A DNA stretch of 63,087 nt, filler included, from Reclinomonas americana ATCC 50394 (Eukaryota), in the NCBI GenBank assembly GCA_048213135.1. It is 10 parts of 10 records of this genome, joined end to end, with 100 filler letters (N's around TTAATTAATTAA, not from the genome) between each part and the next. Parts side by side here need not be neighbours in the genome. Positions count along the whole stretch, not along the records: positions 10,108 to 14,813 come from AFZH01021868.1; positions 14,914 to 21,355 come from AFZH01021869.1; positions 21,456 to 44,907 come from AFZH01021870.1; 7 more parts are not named here. One strand, written 5' to 3'. Positions 12,919 to 25,331 of this stretch are shown here, in pieces. Every line of letters begins with the position of its first letter. Positions within the stretch are counted from its first letter, which is position 1. A model generated the notes under the pieces. It made no database searches, was not told the origin of the DNA, and worked only from the letters and a program-made list of their open reading frames with translations. The position numbers and the translations under genes are program-made.

Positions 12919-13430
12919 CATTCGAGAGCGCGTGGACACCAATGCTGCTCCGTCTTGACGTGGACGTGGTGCCCATTTGCGTGCGAGCATGTGTATGTTT
13001 ACCAAAAGAAAGGAGTGAGTGCGAGAGAGAAAAAATGAAACACAACTGCGGAGGAGATGAAATGGTAATAATGTGAGCGACAACACCTCTTACACTTTAA
13101 CAATCGACTGATGGATACCACAAGCACACCACACGGGGGAGGCCGACAGGGAGAGTAGGCTACACCGAAACCGGAGAGAGAAGGAGAAAAGCAAGACAAA
13201 AAAAAGAATAGCACTACCCGCACCATCAGCACCACCACCACGGTGACCACCACCTTATGAGAAGCAAAACACATATACACGCCGGTAGGAAAAACACAAC
13301 ACGGTCCAGATATAGAAGGGAAAAAACAAGGAAAGATTTGTGTGAACTACAAGAAACGAAAAGGACACTGGTTGCTGATGTATGAAGCACCGACGGATTC
13401 GCAGCGACGACTGCCCCTCAAGACCACGCC

Positions 13431-14766
13431 TTACTGGAACTTAACAGTGGCCTTGAGACGCAGCTCAGCCAAACCAACCAAATCATGCTCGCACATGGAC
13501 AGGTCCACGGAGCGCAACAGAGGGCACGCCAACAAGCCGGAGACATCATGCAAATTGGGGCATCCCTGCAGCATCAGCATTGTCAGCAAGTGGCCAGCAA
13601 CAAATGATTGCACGCGAGCAGACGACCGCACCTTCAAAACGACTTTTCTCAGCGTCTTGCACTTGCCAAATGGTTGGCAGTTCTCGATGAACGAGTTGGA
13701 CGACACCACGACACCCTCCAACACCGGACAGCGACCGACCGGCTCGAACGATTCGATCTTGCCGCAGTCGCTCAGGTTCAGTCTGCCACACGCATACATG
13801 ATGAGTGAGATGTTCTCCTATCCTTCTGTCATCATGCTACACACCTTGTTAGCTTTGGCAGAGCCACCACAGCGGCAATGCTCACCAAATTGGAGCACTT
13901 GGAGACATTGATGCTCTCGAGCCGCACGCATCCACTCAAAAAGTCGAGATCGACAATACTCTCAATGCTCGACATGTTGATGCTGACCAATCGTGGCAAT
14001 TCGCGGAGCACCACAAAACTCTCGATTTGTCTGCACCCTCCAATGTTCAACTGCAAAAATGGGCGGGAGGCACACATGTGAGTGAGTTCAGTCACGTAGT
14101 CAGTCGGACTCCCCCCACTCGTCTCCCGTACCCGCTTGATGGCCGTGCACTGGCCGAGAGGCTCAATGGACCTGATCTGAGTGCAGCCGGACAAGTTGAC
14201 TTTCTGCAGTGGGCACGCGGCCAATGCAGAAATGTCGTGCAAGTAGCGGCACATTTTAAGGTTGAGGCGGAACAGATGCTTGCAGTTGCGCACAAAGTCA
14301 ATGCTGTCAATGTTGCGCGTGCGCTTGAGATTTAGTCGCTGCAGATTGGTGCACTCGGCCAGACTGCGCACGGTCGGCAGATGGGGGCAATTGGCTGCAC
14401 AGAGGACAGACACACACATGCTGTTAGTTCACAAGCGACCTCCCGTCCCGTCCCTCTCTCCTTCTCGACGACTCACCCAGAATCAAATGTCGCAACAGGG
14501 TGCACTTCTCCAACGGCGCCACCGACGTCAGTTGCACGCACGAGCGCAGGTCCAATCCGCGCAAGTTGACGCACGCCGCCAGCGGCGAGATATCCGGCAC
14601 ATTCACACACCAGCTCATGTTTAGCGATTTGAGGTTGGTGCAGCTCGCCAGTGGCGACACGTCGGTGATGTGCGGGCACTCGCTCAGCACGAGATACTTG
14701 AGGTTGACGCAGCCGGCCAGTCCCTGAATGTTGTCCAGCATCGCACACCCTCGCATATCGATTTCC
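13431..14766 (-). CDS. Leucine-rich repeat protein (Cys-containing LxxLxLxxC repeats), spliced, 5'-partial
   Basis: Repeats such as LAGCVNLKYLVLSECPHITDVSPL and LAACVNLRGLDLRSCVQL. A possible first exon MGSSSSKAQRSAKK (ATG 15576, minus strand) lies across the gap. Confidence 0.85.
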
Positions 14767-15775
14767 TGCGCGGTGGGATGAGCGTACAGCAGAGAGAGAG
14801 AGAGAGAGAGAGANNNNNNNNNNNNNNNNNNNNNNNNNNNNNNNNNNNNNNNNNNNNTTAATTAATTAANNNNNNNNNNNNNNNNNNNNNNNNNNNNNNN
14901 NNNNNNNNNNNNNACGGCTATGAAAGAAACAAAGACCCAGACATGATTGGCAGTGATGCAACTGAAATTCACCCACCACCCTCGTCTGTGCCCAACAAGC
15001 AAAGACACGAAGAGGAAGACACAGGCAGACACGAGGATGCCAGAGAAACACGACAATCCCTCGCGAAATGCGTCCGAGACCACATCATCAGAGAGACAGG
15101 ACGCACGCGCAATGGAACACAATCTCTCCTTCTCACGACACGAACACCCCTCTCGACAGGCTCACATACGCAGACACACAGAAAGAGAAAGAGAGAGAGA
15201 GAGAGGGAGAGAAAGGGTTTTCTGTATGTTGGTGCCCACGAATGTCACTTGAGACAAAAATCCATCCCAACAACTCACACACGCTCACGCTGCTGGCGTC
15301 ATGTACAACAGCATGAACGTGGCGCTTCACCGCACAAACCACCCATGTACAAGAGCGAGAGATATATCGCACACACAATACCCTCTACCGCCGACAATCA
15401 TTGCTTTGTGTGTGTGTGTGTGTTGTGTGCGTGTGTGAACGGCTTGGTGACCATCTCGCGCCCCGCGCCTGTCTCTTCGCACCACCCTTCACTTTTTCTC
15501 TCCCTCTCCCACACGCAACTCGCTTGGCCAGAATCTTCTTTGCCGAGCGCTGAGCCTTTGACGAGGACGATCCCATTGCCTCACCAACAAAATCGCAAAT
15601 CGATAAACTGGGAATTTGTCGCAAATTGAAAGAGACAGCATAGTTCGAGTTTTCCTGAATTTGTGTTTTTAATGCACCACCACAAGCACGCACGAAGAGA
15701 GACGGAGGAGATTATCACGACGATCAAGGCACAACAGTGCGCCGGTCGACCGAGAAAACGCACCAACCATCAGGC

Positions 15776-17528
15776 TTATGCAGTCTTGCCCTTCTTCTTC
15801 TTCTGCAGCTTGCGCTCGTAGAACTCGAGCTCAGCTCCCTCGAGGATGTAGCCGTCGGCACGACCGCACTGGCCGGGGCGCGAGGAGATGGCAGCGTACA
15901 AGCGGCCGCTGACAAACTGCTCCTGCACCTTCGGGTCGATCACGCGGTTCGCCTGGCGATCAGCCACTCTGTGCACACACAATCGCCGAGCGAGTAAGTC
16001 ACACCGCACTCGCATGCGCACTTTCCCCACTCTCACAGTCGTCATGAGACGAGACACACAAAAAATCAGAAACTTAGTACGATAGTGACTTCATCGGGTG
16101 CAAGCACCCTGCACTGTTAAAAAAGTTCTCATCACGCATTGCAGAAGGGCACAACACACCGACACCCACGGACATGCACTTCCCATCTCTTCCTCCTTCA
16201 CCACCACCACCACCACCATCCCCACTAACCGCTTCTTGGCCTCAGCCGAGTTCTTGACAGTCCAGTCGGTCTCACCCTCCTTCTTCTTGCCGAGCACAAT
16301 TCCGTAGTGCTTCTCGTACCACTGGCGGAATGGTGTGGCGTCGATCTGCACAATGCAGCCCTTCACCAGGGTCTTGGTGCGGACGAGCTCATTGTCTGTG
16401 GCGTTGTACTTCACAGCGAGGATCCTGCTCTTGGAGGTGGTGCCTGCAACAACAACATGAGCATTTCCCTTGACGAGAGATTGCAACAACAGCAACGACG
16501 CACTCTCAGACGGCCAGGCAAAGTTGCCGACTTCGAGGCGCAGCGCGCGGTACTTGGTCGAACCGCCACGAGTGCGGACCTGCCAGGCGACAGATAACAA
16601 TAACATCGTGAGCTACGTCTGCCTGCCACCCAGAGCTGTAGATATCAAACAAACAAACAAACAAACAAACCGTGTGGATGCGCTTGTGGCCAATCTTGGT
16701 CATGGCAGCCGGGCGGCCCAGCTCGTACTTGCGCTTCTTCTGGTGAATCTGGAGAGCGGAACCACAGCACAGCAGTCAGTCAGTCATGCGCCATATCGAC
16801 ACCACCACCATCACCACCACTGCACCAACCTTGCGCTTTCCGCCGGTCAGTCGGCGCTTGTAGCGGGAGGCACGGCTGATGCCTGCATGAAGAAGAAGAA
16901 AAAAGAAAGGACGTGAGTGTCACCACCACCAAGCAGACATGACACGCACACCATCCACTCTGCCCTCCTCATCACAACGGGAACACGTCTTCTGCAGCTG
17001 CCTCTCTTGCTGTCCTCTCACTGCATGACGGCGTGCGAGTGTGTGGCGCAGTGTGCGAGTGGGGGAAAAGGGAGTGGGCATGTCACTCGCTCATCGTCGC
17101 CTCCACTCCCACGAGACGCGACTCACAAACAGCTGCTCGGTGCTCCTTCTCTCTTTCTCCCTCTCTCACTCACACACACCCACACACAAACACAGCAGTG
17201 CTCTCTTTCCACACCACAGAGAACACAAAATCCCTGCCAAAGTCACACATGGAAAGGAGAAAGGCCACTCGTTCTCCTGCCACACACATCCTGCATTGGG
17301 CGCACAGCACCAACGGATGCCGTCGCGCAAAAGCGGGGCACAGCAAGGGGGAGGCGGCGACAAACAAAGGCACATGCACATTCGTGACATGACCATGGAC
17401 ACCACGCACACGCACGCGCACATACACTCTCTCTCCCCCGTCCACCCCTCTACCCCACTGGGCTGCGATGACAGACACGGCGATGCGGCCGCAGGGACCA
17501 TTCTCTGCGGCGATTTCGACTTACCCAT
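15776..17528 (-). CDS. RPS8: 40S ribosomal protein S8 (eS8)
   Basis: ATG G|gtaagt at 17528; exons give [77 protein letters not shown]. Confidence 0.97.
16066..16135 (-). ncRNA. Intronic box C/D snoRNA in the last RPS8 intron
   Basis: C box GUGAUGA (16135-16129), D box CUGA (16069-16066), C'-like CGAUGA. The guide UCGUACUAAGUU is antisense to LSU rRNA AACUUAGUACGA at the sarcin-ricin helix; the element lies in an unusually long 261-nt intron. Confidence 0.8.
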
Positions 17529-17611
17529 TCTCTTGTGTGCAGTGGTGGGATGGATGTATGGGACAATCGTGCGTCATGCGTGGTGGACAAACAGCGATCA
17601 AAACAACGGCA

Positions 17612-18359
17612 ATGGCTGCACGCGCAGCGCCACCCGCCGGTCGTCAGGACCCCGCCAAACTGCTGGCCAGGTTACCCAAGCGCGAGTTTGTGCGCGTCAA
17701 AGTGCTCTCTGTGGGCGATGGGGCCGTGGGCAAGAGCTGTCTGATCAAGCGCTACTGTGAGGAAAGAGTTGCGGCACACACACTCACACGCTCGCGTCAC
17801 TCTCCTCGCGCTCCTCGCTCACCTCCACAATGTGATCAGTTTGTGGCCAAGTACGTGCCGACCATTGGCGTCGACTATGGCGTGAAGGCGTTGGATGTGG
17901 TCGGACAGGAGGTTCGCGTGAACTTTTGGGATCTGAGCGGCCGCCCCGAGTACTTTGAGGTGCGCAACGAGTTCTACAAGGACACACAAGCAGTTGCGTT
18001 ATCATGTGCGATCGCGCTGTATTGGGCGAGGAGCGTGGACGTTGAACGTCGTCGACGCACAGGTGATCTTTGTGTACGAGATCGGCAAGAGAGCCACGTT
18101 TGAGGCCCTGGACGGGTGGCTGGAGGAGGCGACCAAGTACGGTCTGGCCGACACAGCGGTGGTGGCCGTGGTGGCCAACAAGACCGATCTGCACAAGGGC
18201 GGAGGCTCGAAGCCACGCGCTGTCTCCGAGGACGAGGGTCGCACGTGGGCCACGCAGCACGGCTTCTCGTACTACGAGACGTCGGCGAATAGTGGCGAGG
18301 GAGTGACGGAGCTGTTTGAGGGACTGCTCGGCGTGCTCATGCGTGGACGTAACTCATGA
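17612..18359 (+). CDS. RJL: RJL-family small GTPase (DNAJC27/RBJ-type G domain, no J domain)
   Basis: GDGAVGKSCLIKRYCEERFVAKYVPTIGVDYG, NFWDLSG (no catalytic Gln), EVRNEFYKDTQ, NKTD, ETSA; two introns; no prenylation motif. Confidence 0.9.
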
Positions 18360-18392
18360 AAACAGTAAAAAAAGTCCTGCTCAACCAAAGAC

Positions 18393-20160
18393 ATGGATCG
18401 GAGTGTGGTGCTGCTCTTGTTTGCGGCTGTTGTGGCTCTCTGCACAGTGGCGCATGCGCATCCAGTTCGTCTTCTCTTTTGCTCTCTCTGTGGCCACTCT
18501 CGACACACTCACGCGGTTGTTTGCAGACACTGCGGGGGTCGTGGATGGACTCGCTCGACAGCGACCTGCACTTTTCTGCCTCGCGTCTCCACCGCCAGTG
18601 GGACGAGGAGATTGTGAGGTCGGGGCGGCGACTGCGCACTCCCTCGGTGAGCACCCCAAAGCAGGTGGTGCCGGCGGCCAATCTGCCTCCGCTGGTCGCC
18701 GACACCATTCAGCCCTCGAACAACTGCGTGGCCATTCATTACAGTCCGCTGATGGGACGTCTGTTTATGGGCTGGCGCAGTGCACCGTCGGTGCGTTTGC
18801 GCAAAGAGGGCAGGGTGAGGGATGCATCGTCATCATTATGAGAGTCTGATGAGTTTCTCCGCCAGCACTTTGCCTCCAGCAAGACCGACATGTGGATCAT
18901 TAGCTCGCCCAACAACGGTACCACGTGGGACCTGGAGCATCACATTCATCTCGGGTCTGACGTGCGCGAACCGGTGCGTGTTAATGTGACGCGGGGGAAC
19001 CTGTCGACGATGAATTCATTGTATTGCATTGGTGTGCAGTTCTTCTTGGAGCTCGCCGGGCGTTTCGTGTTCAGCTTCTTCGAGGCCGGCACCGATCCAC
19101 TCGGCTTCACCCCACACAAGCTGTACCGCATCTATCGGCACGGCCTCGGGCAGTGGGACAACCCGCCGCAGGAGTGGGGTCACCCGACAGAAATCGTGTG
19201 GCAGATTGGTGCGCGCGTCATCCTCCTCCTCCTCCTCGTGCTCCTTCACACACACTCGCTCATGTGCACGCGTATGTGATACAGGAACGCACACGTTTGC
19301 CAATGGCACCACCGCGGCCTTTGCGTCGTCGTACTCGGGCGACCATTACTCGCCGAAAGAGGCGCGCGTCAATGTGTTCCTCAACGTGTCGACCGATGCC
19401 GTCAACTGGGTGAGTTCATCCGTCGTCATCACCATCGTTGCGTCGTTGTGCCTCACACCTCCACCGCAGTACCCGTACAATGGCGACACGGGCATCATGT
19501 ACAACGGTGGCGTGTCGGAGGTCGGCCACGAGTTCGACTTGAACGACGGATGGTGGGGCGTGCTGCGCAACGAGGACGGAGATGAGTCGCGCTGGGGCTC
19601 GCGCATCGCCTACATGCCGGCCAACGGACCGAAGAAGTGGCAGCTGTTCCCGAGCGCCCTATCCGATCCGTGGATCTACGAGAGCCCGCGCATGTTCCGC
19701 CACGGCGACGACTTGTATCTGGTGGCACGGCGCGATATCGACGGGCCGTACGACTGGGTGCGTGGCAAGCCCGAGGCCGACCTCGGCTACGACGTGCAAA
19801 AGGGCCTCATTATGGGCAGCTACTCGCTGCGACCGCACACCACCTCGCTGTGGCGCATCAACCAGGACACCAAGTCGCTGATTCTCGTCACCGATCTGTG
19901 GGGCTGCGGCGACACTGCATTCCCGAGCATCGTACGTCTCGGACCGCACAAGTACATGAGTTGCGCGCACACGCCAAGTGGTTCTCTTGCTGCACTTGAG
20001 TTGTCTCATGATGATCACTCCATCCGGCTATGCAGTCGCAAATTATTCCTCGCCCTTCCCGTGCGACTGGAGCTGGCTGCACGGCCAGACGTCGGAGAAA
20101 GGCACGCAGATCTCCACGGTGATTGTGGACTTTGAGGACCCCGCCGCGCACTCCGCCTGA
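18393..20160 (+). CDS. Secreted BNR/Asp-box (sialidase-like beta-propeller) protein, spliced
   Basis: Signal peptide MDRSVVLLLFAAVVALCTVAHA, Asp-box-like SSPNNGTTW, DVREP, YESPRMF, GDTAFPSIV..ANYSS. Confidence 0.65.
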
Positions 20161-20235
20161 GAAGCATGAACTGTCGTCGGAGTTTCTATCTGCAAGCACG
20201 ATTTTGTTTTATTCCTTTGTGCAAGAGAGAGAGAG

Positions 20236-21355
20236 ATGGGAAGCAGCAGCAGTGCCGCCGGCTCTCCTTCCGCCTCCGCCGCTGTGCGCACCCTCACGCG
20301 ACCGACGTACAGCACCGCAGGCGCACTCTATCAGAACGTGGTGTGCGCTCGCTCATACATGCGCGAGACGCAATTCGAGCCCGTCGACACCGATCTCTCC
20401 GGCCGCGTGTACGTGGTCACCGGAGGCTCGCGAGGCATCGGGCGGTGCGTGGTCGAGTCCCTCGCCCGCCTCAACGCCACCGTGCACGTGCTGTCGCGCA
20501 GTCGCGACACCATGGAGGCCCTGGCCGCGCAGTTCCCCGACGGTCGCGTGGTGCCGCACGAGTGCGATGTGTCGGACGTGTCGAGCCTGCGCCGCTTTGC
20601 CGACGAGTTTGTGCGTGACGGACACGCGTGCGATGGATTGGTGAACAATGCCGGTGCGCTGGCGACCAAGCTGGAGGTGAATGCCGACGGGAGTGCCGAG
20701 GTGACAATCGCGGCTCACTTGGTCGGTCCGTACGCGCTGACGGCGATGCTGGCACCGGCGTTGGCGGCTCGGCGTGGACGAGTGGTGATGGTGTCCTCGG
20801 CGGGCCTCTACAACGGCAAGCTCTGCAACGACTACGTGATGCACTCGGCCGAGCAGGCGGCCGAGGGCTTCAGCGGTCTCATGGCGTACGTGCAGGCCAA
20901 GCGCGCCCAGCTGCACGTGGCGGAGCGCATGGCCGAGGAGCTGCGGCCGGCTGGCGTGCTGGTCGCGGCCATGCACCCGGGTTGGGTCAAGAGCGACGGG
21001 TTGCAGCCGTTGGCCGAGAGCAGTGGCTTTTACAAGCGGCTGATTGAGAGGTTCCGCTCGGTGGAGTCCGGCGCCGACACCATTCTGTGGATGCTGACCA
21101 CCGACACTCCCCTGACCGCCGGCGGCTTTTACTTTGAGCGGTGCGATGTCCTTACTCTTCCTGCCTGTTGTTGGGTGATGCTCATTCCGATCGCACGCAG
21201 AGCCGAGGTCCGCAAGCACGCCCCAATGGCGCGCACCAAGGCCAGCGAGGCCGAAGTCGACGAGCTGTGGCAATGGATACAGGAGAGCACGGGCGTGCCG
21301 TGCACGTGCCCCCCACCAAGCCGCCTTGTAAAAATAAGTGTGTGTGTGTGTGTGT
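20236..21355 (+). CDS. Short-chain dehydrogenase/reductase, DHRS12-like (3' end runs into gap)
   Basis: TGGSRGIG, NNAG, VSSAG, YVQAK, MHPGWV, GADTILW; in-frame 60-nt intron at 21141-21200. Confidence 0.9.
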
Positions 21356-21519
21356 NNNNNNNNNNNNNNNNNNNNNNNNNNNNNNNNNNNNNNNNNNNNT
21401 TAATTAATTAANNNNNNNNNNNNNNNNNNNNNNNNNNNNNNNNNNNNNNNNNNNNACCGATGAGTGAGAGAGAGAGACACACGAGCGCATGCAGCGGAGA
21501 AACAGAACACACTACAAAC

Positions 21520-21960
21520 CTCGTCATTCTCCGCCGCCGACGACGACGACGGTGCCTCCTGTGCACGCGCAGTGAGCAATCTGTTGACACAGATCCACAG
21601 GTTCTCTCCATGGCCACTCACCGTCTTGGTGCGCCTCTGCTCATGCTCCGCCAGCAGCTCTTGTGCCTTTTTATCATCACACTCATGTTATTCTCCGCAC
21701 TGCGCCGCCTCAACACAGACACCGACGCCCCCACTCACCCTCGCGGTCTTGCGCGCCTCCTCGCGCTCCTGCCGCCGCTGCATGCGCTCGCGACCCTGCT
21801 CCACACTCGCCGTCGGACCTATGCCCAGCGACCCAGCAATCAATCGTCTCGCCACCACACGCTGCTCATCGTCACCTGCACAAGAAACACACACGCACAC
21901 ACACTGCTGTCAGCCACACCAATGGAGACAAGAGGCGCACAACAACGCGCAACGTTGCAT
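21520..21960 (-). CDS. Hypothetical protein, 5' exons only (3'-partial)
   Basis: ATG CAA C|gttgcg at 21960; in-frame exons RDDEQRVVARRLIAGSLGI..EEARKTAR and AQELLAEHEQRRTKT with GTGAGT donors. Confidence 0.55.
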
Positions 21961-22048
21961 CGATTGTTTTTCGCGCGCGATTTCGTTGTTTGTCGCGCGC
22001 GAGTCGGTGGTGTCGTTTTCTGTAACTAAACACATTCATCAAAGCACG
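21961..22048. promoter_or_regulatory. 88-bp bidirectional promoter region with two TCGCGCGCGA palindromes
   Basis: Lies between divergent ATGs at 21960 and 22049; perfect palindromes at 21971-21980 and 21993-22002. Confidence 0.5.
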
Positions 22049-24091
22049 ATGCCGCGCGGCGGTCGTCAAGCCCGTCGCGAGTACTACGATGGTGGGGGTG
22101 TCGGAGATGGAGAGGTGTCGGCGGCCGCGGAAGGCTCGCGTGGTCCACGCGGCGGACGCCATCATCATCATTCTCGCAAGGCAGATGCGGGGATTCCCGA
22201 GTCGCGATCGCGCAAGAACAGTGGCAATGGTGCGCGCGATCGCCGCCGCTCTCAGCGTGCCTTCCAGCTGTCGTACACGGCCGGAGTGGTGCAACAGATC
22301 AGCGAGACTGAGTTGCGTCGCGAAAAACCAAATCTGGCTCCCTCTCTTTTGTGACCACTCTCTCTCTCTCGCTTTCGCTTCATGGCGATCCACACCGTGC
22401 TCTGATCGTTCCTGTGCTCCGCCTCTCTCACCCACTGTCGTCATCGCCATTATCATCATCGATTGTCGCGACTGATGCACCGTCTCCCTCCTCTTTCCGT
22501 CAACGATTCTTGTCGGTTTTGTGTCTTGCTGTTGCACTCTTTTCCATCTCCGAGAGCACATCTCGGTGCGTGAGCGAGCGGGTTCGTTTGGTGGTGTGGC
22601 GGAGTTGTGAACGCGCGCGCGCGCGCGATCGCCCGCCAAACCCCAACTCACACTCCATCATGCCCCGAAATGCACTTGCTCTGGGTTTGCCACGCTCGCC
22701 CAAGGGAGCAGCAGTTGGAGGCGATTTGGCGATCTCACTCCTTTGCTGCGCGCAGTTGGCTCGTCCCCAGCGAGTCGCTACCAGGAGTGCTCTACACCAT
22801 CTCGCTGGCGTCGCTCGCAGCGTCGGGTGTGGTCTCCGGCCACGCCCGATGCTCGTGCCCTGCCTACGAAGCGAGTTCGCGCCACCCGTGCAAGCACATT
22901 CAGGCACTGTGCAGCCTGGTACGTCTGTGCGAGGAGGCCGGTGGGAGTCTCTTTTTTTTACCTCACACTGATGCACACGCCAGTTGGTGGAACTGGAGGC
23001 GCCGATCATGGATGGTGTGCGACGGGGTCGTGCGGCGAGTCGCCGACAGCGGCTATACCGTGCCGAGGGGCCGCCCGTGAGCAGTGCGGTGTCTGGCTCG
23101 TCGTCGTCGTCTTCGAGTTCGTCGACGGCGTCGCGTCGTGCGGCGGCCGTGGTATCGCTGGCCGCGCAGATGCGAGCACTGGCTGTCGATGGTGAGTGAT
23201 CCGAGAGAGAGAGAGAGGGTGTATGACCGGTGCGTTGCGTTGCGTAAAAAAACTGACGCAAATGACGACACAGTGGACGAGGATCAGTGGGGCGACATGG
23301 ACTATGTGGAGAGTCTCATGCTCGACTACAATGACGACGACGACGAGCCGGCTGTGGACTATGTGGAGCAGCGGCGTCGTGAGTACCACCAGCAGTTGGT
23401 GGATCGGATGCCAGAGTGGTGCGTCGGGCACGTGTGCTCGTACGCCGTGTGCTCCACGTGGCTGATTCTTTTTGTGTTTCCGTGCACATACAGGTCTCCC
23501 GAGTTCAAGAGTGAGGACGAACCGTGCTCCATTTGCCACGAACCACTATCGTCGGCCTCGGCGGTGGTGCTGCCGTGCACGCACGTGTTGCACCGCGAGT
23601 GCATGAGCATGTTGCGTTGCCGTGTGAGGACCTATCTTCTTTTTATTTTGTTGATTGTTGACAATCGGAATAGGTGGCTGGCGACGCTGACGGCTCGCAC
23701 GTGCCCACTGTGCCGCACATTTGTGGGCTCACCAGTGCACTGCTACGATGACGCGCATCACGATCACGGCGGTGATGAAGCGGAGGAACTGCGCGATGTG
23801 TTGCGCGCGGTCGCCGAATTCGAGGCCGCCGAGGCTGTGCGGCATCGTGGGTCGGAGTCGTCGAGTGACGAGTACCCGATCACCATGCTGCCGCCGAGTC
23901 GCGCACGCAACCGTGAGCGCAAGCGCCAACGTCGCATGGAGCGCCGTGCATGGGGAGGCGGTGACAGCCAAGCGGCTGCCGGAGTGAGTGATGGTGACGA
24001 GGGTGGTCCCAGTGGTGTGTTGGCCGCGGAGCGCGATGCCGTCGAGTGGCTGTCGCCACCGACTGGTGCCCCTGTGCCGGCGTCGCCCTGA
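22049..24091 (+). CDS. SWIM zinc finger + RING-H2 protein (putative E3 ligase), spliced
   Basis: SWIM CSCPAYEASSRHPCKHI; RING CSICHEPL..LPCTHVLHRECMSM|WL..TCPLCR. Confidence 0.75.
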
Positions 24092-24359
24092 AAACACACA
24101 CACACACACTCTTTCTTCCTCCCTCCCCCTGTACAGTTTTTGTGCTGATTTTTCCCCCCTGTTCTCAGCAGCCCACTATTGTTGCTGCTGTCGCTGTACC
24201 TAGACCCTGTACATATGTGTGCATAGACTCCACCCCAACAAGAGCGAGAAAAACCTATCTAAACCCCACAAAAAACACCTTGTCTACCCCTGCTGTCTGT
24301 CGTAATTAAATAACAACAAACATATACTGTTTTATCTGCCCTCGTTTCTGATCGAGTGC

Positions 24360-25212
24360 TCATGCTGGTGGCCGGAGAATGCCCAGCTCCTGCAACATTT
24401 CGCTAAACTCGCTCACCGTCGGCTCCTCGCCGACCTCGTCGGTGAGACGCAACAGCGTGTGCACGAGATCGCCCTCGCGATAGAACAGCAAGCCCGGCAG
24501 CGTCGACAGCTCAAACCCGTCGGGGAAGGCCTCCTCCACCGGCACCTCGGCAAACTGGCACTCGCGATGCTGCGGCGCCATGGCATGAAACAGCCGCCTA
24601 AAGTACCGACACGCCGGCAACGCCTCCTCGTGCAAAAACAGCAACAGCGGCAGCTCCGACTGCTCCGGGTCCATGTAATCAAGCAGCGTGTCGCGCGAAC
24701 ACAGCGCCACCTTGCCACCTGACTCGTGTCGCCGCGCCTCCGCCTGCTCCCGCATGTGCGCCTCCAGCGCCGCATGCAACTCCTCCTCGGTCACGTGCAC
24801 CAGGCCCGAGTTGGCCTCCAGCAGACGCCGCCGCTCGCGCTCATAGTCGTTGAGGACGCCCTTGGGACCGGTCTGCTCAGTGCCGCGCACCTGCCGCTTG
24901 TGTCGCTGCGACGCGCTGGCTCGTTCCGGAAGCGGTCTCGTCTCCTGCGCAGCGATCAACACGCACGCTTTCTTCCCTCTCTCTCTGTTACACCCACACA
25001 CTCACCTGTCGACTCCGCGCCAACTCCTCATCATCGGCGTCGCGTCCACGCCGATCAACCTCGCGCTCCACTCGCTCATCCTCTCGCTCTCCGTCCGACT
25101 CCACATCCTCCTCGTCCGGCCGCTCGTCCCGCTCCTGCGCACGCAGCTCACTCGCACGCTGCTCTCGCAGCTCCGCCACCGCCTTGACTGTCAAGTCTTC
25201 ACCGTTGTACAT
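24360..25212 (-). CDS. Phosducin-like protein (PhLP1/phosducin type)
   Basis: TGPKGVLNDY motif followed by a thioredoxin-like domain (LPGLLFYREGDLV); one intron. Confidence 0.85.
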
Positions 25213-25331
25213 GATTGTGAAGGTCGGTGTGACAGATTGTGTGTGCAGGACACATCGCTTCGTTGTGCACTGTTAGCGTGTGCGTGTGGATTTGCAAGCC
25301 CTTGGCATCCTCTGCAACAGAACTAGCAACA

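Noticed and set aside
16951..16954. Nearer ATG as the RPS8 start
   Set aside because: Gives the wrong intron phase; ATG G|gtaagt at 17528 fits.
16969..16975. C-box-like GTGATGA in RPS8 intron 1
   Set aside because: No downstream CTGA D box within the intron.
20353..21273. Long antisense ORFs (also 53839..54438, 61837..62682 and many others)
   Set aside because: Shadows of GC-rich coding sequence on the opposite strand with no recognisable motifs.
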